64,000 nt of DNA from the NCBI RefSeq assembly GCF_018350175.1, contig NC_058371.1:35836001-35900000 (forward strand). The letters are read 5' to 3'. The stretch is from Felis catus (taxonomy: Eukaryota). Within the stretch, counting starts at the first letter, position 1, and each line of letters begins with the position of its first letter. Both the position numbers and the translations under genes were made by a program. The notes under the pieces were generated by a model. The model saw nothing but the letters and a program-made list of their open reading frames with translations, had not been told where the DNA came from and made no database searches. Shown one piece after another: positions 1-11,362 of the stretch.

Positions 1-3000
1 GCTTCCCTGAAGCTCCACCCATGGCAACATCTGCTTCTCATCCTGAGTGCTACACAGGCCTGGCGGCAGCATTACACAAATTATTTTAACCTTGAGGCCT
101 TGCACACAGGTTTCTCCTCCCCAGATGGCCCGCTGGGTGGACACACACACATACTTCATCACACAGAGAATCAGCCACATGGGTTAGTGATCCTACAGAC
201 ATTTGGTGACATCCACAGCCATGCCCTCAAACACAGAGCTATGTGAGTCACAGAGATGCCCCCTGCCCCAGCAGTGCCCACACCACCCTTGTAGGTAGAA
301 GGCACTCCAGAACATTTATTCGAGTGAAGTATCACATCAATAGTCTTTAGGCCTGCAAACACATGCCCATAGATATGTACTCTGATGGGACCTTCACCTG
401 GATCAACAGAACATGGGAGTCCCTCTAGCAGTTATCTAGGCCAGCCTTCCATTTTACAGATATGGAAACTGAGGCTCAGAAGGGAAATGGTCTCCCACAC
501 TGCTAGTCATTGGAGAGGCTGGATTCATAACCCAGGCCTCCTGATTCCTAGTCTGGCATTCACTGCACTCAAGTTCATTATCTCTGTGGAGCCATATACA
601 CAAAGATAGACACTCACTCAGACACACACATCCACACACAAAAATACAGTCATAAACCACGTGTTCTAAAAAAACACACATGCACAAGCTCCAACACACA
701 CAAACTAACTGCAAGCTCCAAACCCATGAAGCCAATAATGGTAGCAATAATGACACCTTATGTTAATGTTGAAATCGATGTTGTGCTTCCTAGTTGACAA
801 AGTGCTTTCTCATTAACGGATTCACTTAATCCTGGCCCACTCGGCACGTGCCCGTTAAGCCACACTCCATCTCTGCATTTGCCTGGGCGTGTACAATTAC
901 AAATTGCTGGAGAGAGAACCGAGTAGCTAGATTCCAGCCCACCTCCCCGACTTTAGTGATTAAAACACTTGGGCTTAAGAAAGGAAATGAGTTGCCCAAG
1001 GTCACCAGCTGGTAACTGGCCCAGAATCTCTTCCACCACACGAGCAATATTCTTTTCTGTAAAATGTCGCCCTTGGTGGCCTTGGCTCAGGAACTGGTGG
1101 GACAGCAACAGAAGATATTTCTTAGCTGACATGCAAAGATCATAGGATCAGAGGGACACTCCAAGGAGGCAGTGACGGCTTCCTGCACGCCAACATTCAG
1201 ACAGGTACACTCATGCCACATGAATAACCCCACACCTTTGCACAGACTCAAGTACCTCCAAGCTCACGTGCCCGTGGGCATTATCATATACACATGTGGC
1301 TGGATATTTAGACTCGTCTCTGCACACAGCAGCAAAAAGCAAAGTCTTTGTAGTTAGACCTGTCTTTGAATCCTAGCTTGGCTAATATTAGCTGACATGT
1401 CATATAAGCTCTACTAAACCTCAATTTTCTCCTACATAAAAAGAAGCTAACAATGGAATCTGTCTCCTAGAATTACTGCATGAAATAAGGCATGTAAATA
1501 AAGCACCTAGCACAGAGGGTGGAGCACAGTAAGTACCCACTAAATGACTACTGTTAATATTACTCCAATAACAGCCCCATAAGCTCATAATCTGCTCTCT
1601 ACTTTCCAAGGGCACATTGGTTCACCCACATTGGCCTCCCAGCTGAGGGAAGCCCTGGAGTGCTCAGAAGTAGAACCTCGAATTCCAAGTACAGAGGCCA
1701 CAGAACTGTGCTGGCCTGTGAAACCAGGACAGTGGGGGAAGGGAGCAGGGAGCAGGGCAAGTGGAAGGCGGGAAGGCCCTAGGCTGGCCGCAGAGCTCTT
1801 CTGCAGAGCCGGAGTCCTGTGGTGGGGATGTCATGACTGAAGAATGTGTGGGAACAGAGTGGGGGTGGGGAGACATGGGGTGGGCAGGAGAGCCTTCTGG
1901 CCAGGAGCTGAGCCTGAAGGCCCTGCCCATTTGGGATTCCCTCATGGGGAAGCTAGGGAATCTGGATGCTGGAAAGTCCAGGACACCTCCCCCCTAACCC
2001 TTACCCGGAAGGAAGCCCTGAGGTCAGGGTCAGAGTAGTAGTTGTTTTCAACACAGGATCAAAAGTTTGTTTTGTTTTCCGGCTGTAAACCAGCCAGGAG
2101 CAATCGTGGCTGCTCCATTACCAGGCTGGGAGCAGGAGAGGAAAAAGAGTGAGGTGGACCTCATATGCCCATCCTGTAGGTAGGCCTCTTGACTCCAGAG
2201 TCTCCTCCCCACAGGGTGTTGCAAGGCATCCCCTTCTGGGGAGAGGGAGAGGACCCTCACTGGTGTGATGGAGCCCCAATGCCATGTGTACCGGGTATAC
2301 GCATGTCCTATCACATAAATGCAAGCTTCTAGCTGGGGAGAACATACTTAATCACAGCTGTATGCTTATATACAGGCGTGTATTTGCATGCATCCTTACA
2401 TGTACTCAGGAGTACCCATATGCACAGCGGAAGAGACTTGCTCATAAAGCAGAGGTGCACCCATAAATGTGCCCAAACACCATCCTTACTACTTCCCTGT
2501 GTAAGCCGTAGTGTGTTCAAACATACAAATAATTGCATGTGCACATTTCACAGGCCATACCCCCAAAAGGAGAAGGGTGACCTTAAAAATGGATGGGGGG
2601 TGCAGACAGAGAGAAAGAGACAGAGAGATTAACTGATTCCTCTGGATACCCTTAGGAAGTCCTTAGTGGCCTGAGTGACACATTCTACTCTCTCCCTGTC
2701 CTCCCCTAATATCTTCTCCCCAGATCTCTAGAGAAACTAGAATTCTTGAGAGTTCCTTCTTCTGGGGAGTCCCATGGTTCCCCTCCATCTGGAGCCCAGG
2801 GAGACTGTCTTTTCCTCCTCCCTTGGGGCACCTAAAAGAGAAGGTGACTCAGGGAGCAGGGGCATAGGTGGGTGGGTGACTCATTCAGAGTGTCTGGAGG
2901 GGGAATGTGGTCTGGCAAGAGAAGGGATTGCTTCTCAACTTCCGGAGCTTGTGACCTACTCCTCTAAGGCCCCTTGAAGTCCAAATCTGGGCCACAAGGC

Positions 3001-5759
3001 CCTGAGCTGAGGAGAGTGATAAGGGTTGGTAAGCTACCCCCATACCTCACCTCCTAAAAGCAAACCTCTGGGATGCAAGTTGAGGTAAAAGGAAGGTCCT
3101 CACTGGTTCAAGGGTAGTCCCTATGTGTTTCTCTGCTTATGGGAGCAACTATGTCCCAATTCCTGCCTCCTGGGTCTCTCCCAGAGTCCTGAGGGTCATG
3201 GCCAAGTCTCCTGGGGCACCAAACAGAGCTGGGAATCTCAGGGAAGGACTCCTCCCCCCTTGATGGTTTGGCATCCTAACATACAAGTCAGGGCTGACTT
3301 GCAATCTCCCTGGGCAAGGGGGAGAGAATGAGAGAGACAGAGAGACAGAGTTCATATTTGCATTTGACAGCCTGCACACCAGAGTGCAAGCTTGGTGGGA
3401 CCAGCAATCAGCACACACATAGGCCAATTTGGCTTCCCGCCTATTGTTCTGGTGTTGCCCAGAAGATCCAGGAAACTCTCCAGGGTATCAAGGGTCTTAA
3501 TTTTTCCTTACTTCCCTCAATTTTGCCCTAACTCTGACAGTAACTGCAAGAGGTAATCTCAAATGAAGGGGCCTGGTTATCCTGAAAAGATCACAGGTGA
3601 GCCAGGGGAGTGAACAGGGCTTTCATTCTTGGTTCTCTGTGTGCAAGGAGGAGAAAAGGAGAGAGATGGACAGGGTCAAGGGAGAAGAGGGAAGCAGACA
3701 TATCAGGTGCATGCAAAGGAGGTAAATCCAGGTACACCTACCACCAGAGCTCAGAGAGGGCAAGAAGACACAGCAACATAGAGAAAAGAGCCTAGGGACC
3801 TAAGGCTTGAGGGTTGTCAGTGTGGGGTCTTAGGGAGTCAGGGCAGAGGTACGCAAGCCTGCACTAGTCACACCCAAGAGGGAAGCCTGATCTGACCCTG
3901 AATCTTGGCCTTGTCAGGCTTTCGGGCCCTCTCGGCCACCCCCCAGGCCTGGCCCAGCTCCCCACCAGCCTCACTTCACCCTGGTGCAGAGCTTTCTCCA
4001 GAGCCCTTGTTTGAAGTTCCAACTCAGCCAGCCCCACCCTAGCATGAAATCCGAGACTGGGGATAGAGCCCTCAGCCTCCTGCTGCCTCTTCCAAAAATC
4101 ACTCCAATTCCAACCAGGAGTGAAATACATCAGAGTGACTTCCTACCCATTCTTTAAGGCCTTGCCTCCTGCATGAGGACCCCCCACCCCTCCAACCTTC
4201 CCAGCCTGCTGTGATCACTGTTTCTCTGCCACCATCACCACTGGGACTGCAGAGGGACAAGAGGCTCCTTGAGCCTTTAAGTCCTTTCCTTCCAAGGTGG
4301 CACATAACGCATTGTGGTTTGTGCTGTTGTTTACACGTCTTGTGTGCCTGCTGGACTGGAAGCTCACTGAGGGCAAGGGCCATGTCTTACACTTTTCTGT
4401 ATCTCCCACAACATCAAGCCCAGGGCCAGGCACATATTAGCATTCAGTACATGTAGACCAGTAGAATAAACAAGTAATACAAGGACAGAGACAGGGAGAA
4501 CACTTCCTTTTCCTGAAAACCAAGCCCATTCCTCAGAAAAAATAATGAAATGAGAGTGTGAGGCACAGAACACAGGGGAGTAGGCAGCAAACATTTATTA
4601 AGTGCTTACTGTGTGTTAATCTCTAATAAGTGTTTTATATATGTTCTCATATTTAATCCTTACCACCAACTCTACAGAGAGACATATTATCAGTTCCATT
4701 TTACAGGTGAGAAAAGCCAAGTTCAGAGATGATAATTAACATCCGCCAGGCAGTAGAGCTAATGAGCTGTGGGTCCAGGATTGACAGCTTAGGTCAGCCT
4801 GCCTTCAAAGGCCAAGCTCTATCTGCTTAGCCTCATGCCCACCCCAAGCCCAGGGAGAAAGATGATGGCTAATGTCTGGGTCACTCACAATCCAGAGGGG
4901 GTGGAGAAGAAGGGCTGAGAGATTTGGCTTCTGCTCCTCCCACTGGAAGAAGGGTCTCCTACTTTGCAGCTTATTGTGATCCATTCACCCAAAGTGGGGA
5001 GCCCAGGCTTAGGACTAGAGTGACCCAACCTCTTATGCCACATACAGGCACTCCTAGAACCTTAGGGACTGTGCCACTGCCCCTGGCCCTGGCTATTTGG
5101 AGACAGGCTGAAATCAGAGGCAGGAAGTTGAGGAAAGGTTCTGACATCTTATGCCCTGTGTGTTCTCTTGTCCCAGGCAGCCTGTTCCGGGTCACCTGAT
5201 TAGGCAAACGGCCTGTGCGCCTGGCCATCTGGTCACTCCAGGGGCAGGACCCCTCTGGGCCCAGCAGGAGTGAAGGGGTTACTTGGGGTCTTCATGGACA
5301 AAGAACACACATACGCAAACACACACTCCAGGGCCCTGACCTCAGCTAATTAGCCTCCAGTGTCTGTGGACTGAGAGAGCTGATATACAGTATTTGAGTT
5401 CTCTGTGTTTTTCTCCTTTCCACCCTAACTTGGCCTTGTTAGGTCTCTCTGGCACATAAGGGCAGAGGTAATTCCCCCTCCCTGGCTGGCTTCTCTAACT
5501 TTGACAGCTGTCTCTTCTGTCCCAGAAGGTTGCTGTGTTTGGTGGGGTGACACATGGGATACCCAGGGAGCATGATTTCAGAGGATCCCTTGAAAGACTT
5601 TCTTCTTTCTCTTGGCTGGGTGGGGGCCTCAGGAGACTTGCTGCTCAGAGATGCAGGCCTCCCGCACCCCCTGGGCAGACAGATGTGCAGCCTGGGGGCA
5701 GCCCAGACAGGCTGGAAAACACCAATGTCCTGGAGCTTGAGATGGGGGAGAAGGGAAAA

Positions 5760-5768
5760 GTGCACGCG

Positions 5769-5826
<58 letters not shown>
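5760..5826. repeat. Compound (CG)n(CA)n microsatellite, alternating purine-pyrimidine tract
   Basis: gtgcacgcgcgcgcgcgcacacac...cacacg read directly. Confidence 0.95.
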
Positions 5827-5827
<1 letters not shown>

Positions 5828-6174
5828 GAGTTTGGCCAGAAAAGTTTCCTGCAGGAGGAAAAGCCTCCTTGGCCGCAGGTTTCTCCCTGGACCCAAAGAG
5901 CTTTCCCCAGGAATCCTCTGGGAAGAGGAGGCAGCGGCAGCAGCTTCCACAAATAGCAGCAAAACTTCAGTCCTAAAAGTCCCCCAAACTTCCCCCTCCC
6001 TCTCTCCCTCTTTCTTTTGTTCCCCACTGCATTGCCAACCAGGCAGCTCCCGGCTTCCCACACTGGACTGTCCTCCCCCAACCCCAAACCCTAAGCAGCC
6101 CGCGCCTCCCCGCCGGGCCTGCTCGCTCCCCGGCCCCGGCGCCCCTGCCGGTCGGCGGGGTGGGGGGCGCCTAC

Positions 6175-6328
6175 CCGCCTTGCAGGGGTCTTTGTAGTTG
6201 ACGGGCTCCGAGTCCTCCTCCTCCCCCAGGTCATAGGTGTAGTCGGCCAAGTCCAGTGGCCCGCCCGGGCGCGCGAGCAGCAGCAGCCAGAGCAGCAGCG
6301 GCAGCGGCAGGCGGGCCACGCCGGGCAT
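6175..6328 (-). CDS. BMP1: Bone morphogenetic protein 1 / procollagen C-proteinase, coding exon 1 (the rest of the gene lies left of the window; 1-6174 is intron 1)
   Basis: Translation [51 protein letters not shown] matches the BMP1 signal peptide and prodomain start. Phase-1 donor G|GTAGG at 6175/6174. Lies in a CpG island downstream of SFTPC, as in human synteny. Confidence 0.97.
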
Positions 6329-6885
6329 GCTGGAGGGCGCGGCGGCGGCGGTGGCGGCGGGCGCGGTGGCGGCGGCGGGTCGCGCCCGGACGCGGGAGCC
6401 GGCGAGAGGGGAAGCGGAGGACTGGCGGCGAGGGGAGGGCGCTCCCCTCCGCTCGCCCGCGCGCTCCCTCCCCGCGCTACCCAGCCCCCCCCCTCGCGCG
6501 TCTCTACCTCTCCCCCTTCCCTGTCCTCGCCCCCCTCCTTCCTGTCTCCCGCCCCCTCTCCTGCGCGGCTCCTCGGCTCTCTCCCTGAGCCTCCAGCCTT
6601 CTCCGCTCCTTTCCCTTCTTTCCCTCTTTCCTTCTCTCCTCCCTCCCTCCTCCCCCCCTTTTTAGGGAAATGAGCTCGCTGGAGGGCGGGTTTTCGCCTG
6701 GAGCTCGGCCTCCCTCGGGTCCCGGACAGCGCTCTGCCGGGTCGGGCCGCGCGCCAGCCGGGGGCGGGGACCGCGGAGAGCCGGCCCGCCCCGGGAGGGG
6801 GCTCGGCCGCCCGGGGCGCGGGGCTGCGGGGCCGGGGAGGGGGCGCCGGGCCCCGGGGTGCCCGGCCGACGGCCGCTCCCGCGAG

Positions 6886-6900
6886 GTGCCCTCTAGTGGC
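6886..6900 (-). promoter_or_regulatory. Candidate CTCF-binding site
   Basis: Minus strand GCCACTAGAGGGCAC fits the core consensus CCASYAGRKGGCRS at all 14 positions. Confidence 0.7.
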
Positions 6901-7351
6901 GGCTGGTCCCGTGGGCGCCGGGCCCGAGCCCCGTCCCGGGCAGCGGGACACGCTGTCAGGTCTCTCCCGGGCTTCAGCTCGCCTCTGCCCCCTCGGTCTC
7001 TGACTGCGTTTCTCCGCCCGCCTCTCTCGGTCTCTGCCTTTTTCGGACCCTAGCTCTCTCCCATCGCGGTCCCTGTCTCTCTAGTTCAGTCTTTCGGTGT
7101 CTGGCTGTCTCTGTCTCTCTCCCTCCCTCGGGAGACACCACTGGGGGGCGCCTCGAGCCCGTGGATTGCCTAGTCACCTCGCCACTGCCCCCCCCCCCCC
7201 CGCCCCCGCATCGCTCCTGGACGAAGTGGGAAGGGGAAACCCCCATTGCTTCCCCAAGGTCCTACCCTTCCCCTGACCCACCCACCAAGAGCGGGAGCGA
7301 GAGGGTGTGGGAGATAGAAAAGGCTCACCCTTCGTTTTTCAATCGCGTTGC

Positions 7352-7357
7352 TTTATT
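7352..7357 (-). terminator. SFTPC polyadenylation signal (terminal non-coding exon about 7335-7537)
   Basis: AATAAA on the minus strand (tttatt at 7352). Candidate acceptor CAG at 7538-7540. Confidence 0.75.
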
Positions 7358-7747
7358 CTTTCATGGTAGTAGCCCCCTGGCCCCAGGAGCATCTCTGCTG
7401 CCCGTTCCCACCTCTCCCCACAGCTCCCATTTCTCCAGCACCAGCCCCTATGGTGTGGGCAGGAGCAGCTTCCTGCGTCTCTGCAAAAGACCCTTTTCTC
7501 GTGGATCTTTCCTGTCCATTTGGGGTTTCCACAGGCCCTGAGAAGCAAAGAAACACTGTTTATTATGAGAGGGAGAGAGACTGGGGGGAGGTATCTATGA
7601 ACCTTCCCTCCCCTGAGCTCCCTAGATGACCTGGCTTCAGTGGATCCTCCCTGTTGCTTGGTCAGCTGACATGGGGAGGTGGCCCAAGCCTTCCTGGGCC
7701 ACAGCTGCTCAGTGCCCTGGCAGTCACACCTCCTCACCTGAGGGCTT

Positions 7748-9982
7748 CTAGATGTAGTAGAGGGGCACCTCGCCACACAGGGTGCTCACGGTGGTGCCCA
7801 GGAAGTCCAGGTCCACAGAGGATGCTGAGCCAGCATCACGGACCTCCTCCTGGCCCAGCTTAGAGGTAGACACTGCAGGCTTGACCTGGAAAGAGCACCT
7901 GATTTTGAGCCTGGGAACTGAGTTTTTGTTCCACCTGTGGCCCTTATTGTGGGACCTCAGGCATGTGAGACCATCTCTCTGAGCCTCCTAAAAGCCTTGG
8001 TTTCCTTACCAGTAAAGAGGGGGCTGTGCTGGAGTCAGAAGCCCCCAAGTGGTGAGGCTCAGCTGAGCCCAGCAGCTTGGCATCAGGGCGGGGCTGGGGA
8101 ATAGGAGGGAAGGTGTGACACAGGTGAGTCTGGAGAGGGGCACTCACCTGGCAGCCCACAAGGAGCAGCGCTCTACAGGTGACAAATAGCTGTTATCTCA
8201 AATGCTCCTCCGAGCAGCCCTGGGAGGGAGACAACTTATTCCTCCTCACTCACACACCCACCTGGAAGTTCCGGAACTTTCTGGTGAGAGCCTCAAGACT
8301 TGGGATGTTCTCTGGAGCCATCTTCATGATGTAGCAACAGGTTCCTGGGGCTGGCTTATAGGCAATCAGGAGCTGAGGACAGAAACCCCAGGGTTCATTC
8401 AGAAAGGCCCTGCCTTACTCACTCCCTAACCCTGATCCTGGGCTATCTCCCTCTAGGTTAGGCACCGAAGGCAGTCATATTGGAATCTGGGGATCAGCCT
8501 GGGCAAGCAAAAGAGCTAGGGGCTGGGGAGAGATGGATATGCATGAAATGGCACAGCTGGGTGGGTCTAGCAAAGCCTCGTCATTGGCCCCCCGTCCCCA
8601 GCATCAGGCGGTCCAGGTATACCCACCCGCTGGTAGTCATACACTACAATGCCAGTGGAGCCGATGGAGAAGGTGGCAGTGGTACCCACACGCTCACTCA
8701 GGGCCAGGCGCTGCTGGGCTTCTGGTCCCCCAATGCTCATCTCTAGGACCTGGGGGAGGGCATAGGGTGGACTGACATTTCTCTTTCCCCACTCATCCCT
8801 TTGGCACCCATGTCCACTCTCAGCCCTCTTTACTCAAATGCAATCCCTTCTTCCCTGATAGCTCAGAGAGCCTGGAAAGAACGGGCTGCCATACCAGCAA
8901 CAGGCCTGGTGCAAAAACCCAAGCCTGATTTGCCACCAGGTGCTTCTGTCCTTTATTAAGGCACCCTTGCCTCCTCCCCTCCGGTCCCCTTGGACCATTC
9001 ATTGTCTACCCAGCCCATTCAGCCCCTCTGTTTGGCATGTCCTGTGTCCACTGCCCACTCCATCCCAGGCCGGCTCACCATCTCGGTGTGTTTCTGGCTC
9101 ATGTGAAGACCCATTAGCAGGGCCCCTACAATCACCACGACCACAAGGACTACCACCACGACGACGATGAGGAGGCGTTTGAGGTTCACAGGGCAGCAGG
9201 GGATGCTGAACCGGCCCCGGGGGGCTGCTGAGTAGTCCTGACATGGTGAGGCAGGCAGGGAGATAGGTGTGAGATCATGAAGTTGGCCCTTCTTCTCCCT
9301 GCACAAGCTGGATACCCTCCCACAGCTGGACACCAATGCTATGGACATGCAGAAGAGGGTGAGATCAGAGAAGGCTTCTTGGAAGAGGTGGCCTGGATTC
9401 CAACAGAAATGCTTAGATGTGAAGTCTAGCATGAAGAGACCCAAGAGACTCTGCTTTGCTAGTCTCATCTGCTGTTTCCTCCAGACCCTTGGCACCCCAG
9501 CCATGCCCAGTCCCTCTCTGTTCCCCCAAATAATCCACAATCTCTCACACCTCCCCGCCTTTACACGTACTACCCCCTTCTTCCTACAATGTCTGCCTCT
9601 TCCACCTAGTGAGCTCCTACCTATTTTTCCAGAGCCAGTTCAAATGTCATTTTCTCTGCAAAGCTTCCTGTGACTTTCCAAGTAGTGGCTGCTTACACAG
9701 CGCTCTCTATAGCCCTTTCTACTGACCACTGTGGTGGCTCTCAGCCCCTCACATTGGAATTATTGGCTGCCACGTCTGTCTCCCCGAAGGACTGTGCCTT
9801 GGTGGTTGGTGTCCCTGCCCTAACTTAGCACAGTCGTGGGTTAGTTAAATGAATGAATTTGGATGAGGAAACAGTCTCAGAGAGGTTGGATGAAGCAGGG
9901 CCCAGCTCACACACACGTATACACACACGGTCACACTCACCGGCGGGCTCTCAATCAAAACCTCCTTGCTGCCCACATCCAT
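7748..9982 (-). CDS. SFTPC: Pulmonary surfactant protein C proprotein, 190 aa. Coding exons 9941-9982, 9079-9237, 8627-8749, 8262-8372, 7748-7885
   Basis: [14 protein letters not shown]|[53 protein letters not shown]|VLEMSIG...|[14 protein letters not shown]...|VKPAV...[10 protein letters not shown]. Poly-Val mature peptide and BRICHOS domain. All junctions GT-AG, exon sizes 42/159/123/111/138. Confidence 0.98.
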
Positions 9983-10027
9983 CTTGCTGAAGATGCCTTC
10001 CCCTCTCATCCCCCAAGTGTGACTAGC

Positions 10028-10260
10028 ATCTTATATGTGCTAGTAGGGAGAGGGGACAGAGGTGAAGGATCCAGGCCCCTTCTGCCAGCCAAGCCCTTGA
10101 CCTTGAAGCCTGTTTGTTCCTGGCCCTCCAGAACTGATGTCCGGAGAAGCCAGCTGCAAGAGCGCCTAAGGGCTCTTGGCCGTGGCACATGAGTCCTCTT
10201 GGCCCGGGCAAGAGCGAAGCTGGGCACACTGAGCAAATTTGCCCTTGGGCAATCTGCGCC
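10028..10260 (-). promoter_or_regulatory. SFTPC proximal promoter with TATA box and clustered NKX2-1 (CAAG/CTTG) and NFI half-site motifs
   Basis: Minus-strand CATATAAG at about 10030-10037, roughly 50 nt upstream of the ATG. Repeated ccttg/tcttg and gccaa/ttggc motifs at 10088-10250. NKX2-1/NFI control of SFTPC is established knowledge. Confidence 0.7.
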
Positions 10261-10756
10261 TCTCACTGTGGGTGTCTTCCTGGCATTGGCCGCCTTTCTT
10301 GCTGGCACCTGCCCCTGCAGTCTTGTGGCTTTCCCTGTTCTTCTGCCAGCTTGAACCTCTCAGGCAGCCAGGGGTCTAACCCAATGGGGAGTCCACCACA
10401 TTTCCCAACAGAATTTCTCTCATGCATAGGGATGAGCTCCAGGAACAGGAGTGAGAAGGCAGTGCCTATGGACCCAGAAAGGCAATGCTGAAGGCAGGTT
10501 GTGCTTCGGCATCCCTTGTGGGGGTCCATATATGGCCATTTTTCTGAGAGCCTCACGTTTTCAATTCAAGTATGCCACCTGCCTGGCCCCTTCCAGCACA
10601 TCTGCTACCTAACCTCAGACTTGCCCCTGGTCATTCTTTTCCTAATTCTGAAAACTCTGTCCCCTCTGGCTATAAATTCATACCCACTAATGTGTGGTTT
10701 TTTCCTTCTTTGCTTTGGGCTGGTTTGTAAACTGAAGGCCATCCCCCCCCCCCCGC

Positions 10757-11362
10757 TTTTACTTTCATTTCCATTTATTCTATGCTGAATTTATTCCCCG
10801 GTCATATACTGTTGTTTCTCCACTTTCTTCTGGGATATCTTTCTCATCTGTGCAACCTCATCTGGTTTGGCAACAATCTGCTCTGTTTCAGTAAGGATTA
10901 TCTCAGGGTGGCAAGGAGAGCTCATGCTGGGATTAATCTCACCATGAACTCTGTAAATTTAGTGGCTCATTTTGGGGGCTTTGTTCACCTGGATGTGCTC
11001 GATGACCAGAGAATGTACCTCTAAACCCTTAAGTTCAGCATTACTCTCTGCATGTTCAAGCAAGTGCGGTAAAAATCCAGCACTCCTTTTAGGCCACTGA
11101 CCCTGTGCGCAGCCCCACCATTTGGCCTGGACACACCTATCAGCTCCACCATTATGATGATGGAATGGCACACATTGCTTCTGTAAAGTGACATCCTTCA
11201 GATACTTGGTGGCTTTTCAGATAGACATGCCCTTAATGATCTGGGGAGTTTCATGAGTGTTCTTAAAATGAATGTAAAGATTTGAACCTCTTGATTTGAA
11301 TGATTTTGTGGGTTTTCTGCATCAAGTGAATAGTAACCATTTTCAGAGATCAAGTTGAGGGC
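10757..11362 (-). pseudogene. RPL17: Processed (intronless) pseudogene of 60S ribosomal protein L17
   Basis: Fragments [54 protein letters not shown] resemble RPL17. ATG at 11340, TAA at 10791, a frameshift just after the ATG, a premature TAA at 10959. The 3' UTR AATAAA (about 10774) and an A-rich tail remnant are retained. No introns. Confidence 0.93.

Larger units (their letters stand above)
6090..7250 (-). promoter_or_regulatory. CpG island / BMP1 promoter and 5' UTR
   Basis: Very high GC and CpG density, GC boxes (ggggcgggg at about 6761), interrupted (GGC)n just 5' of the ATG. Confidence 0.85.

Noticed and set aside
1066-1081. CTCF-like tcgcccttggtggcc in BMP1 intron 1
   Set aside because: Spacing is one base short of the consensus core.
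5439-7053. Several long Pro/Arg/Gly-rich ORFs around BMP1 exon 1
   Set aside because: Artefacts of the CpG island and the (CA)n repeat.
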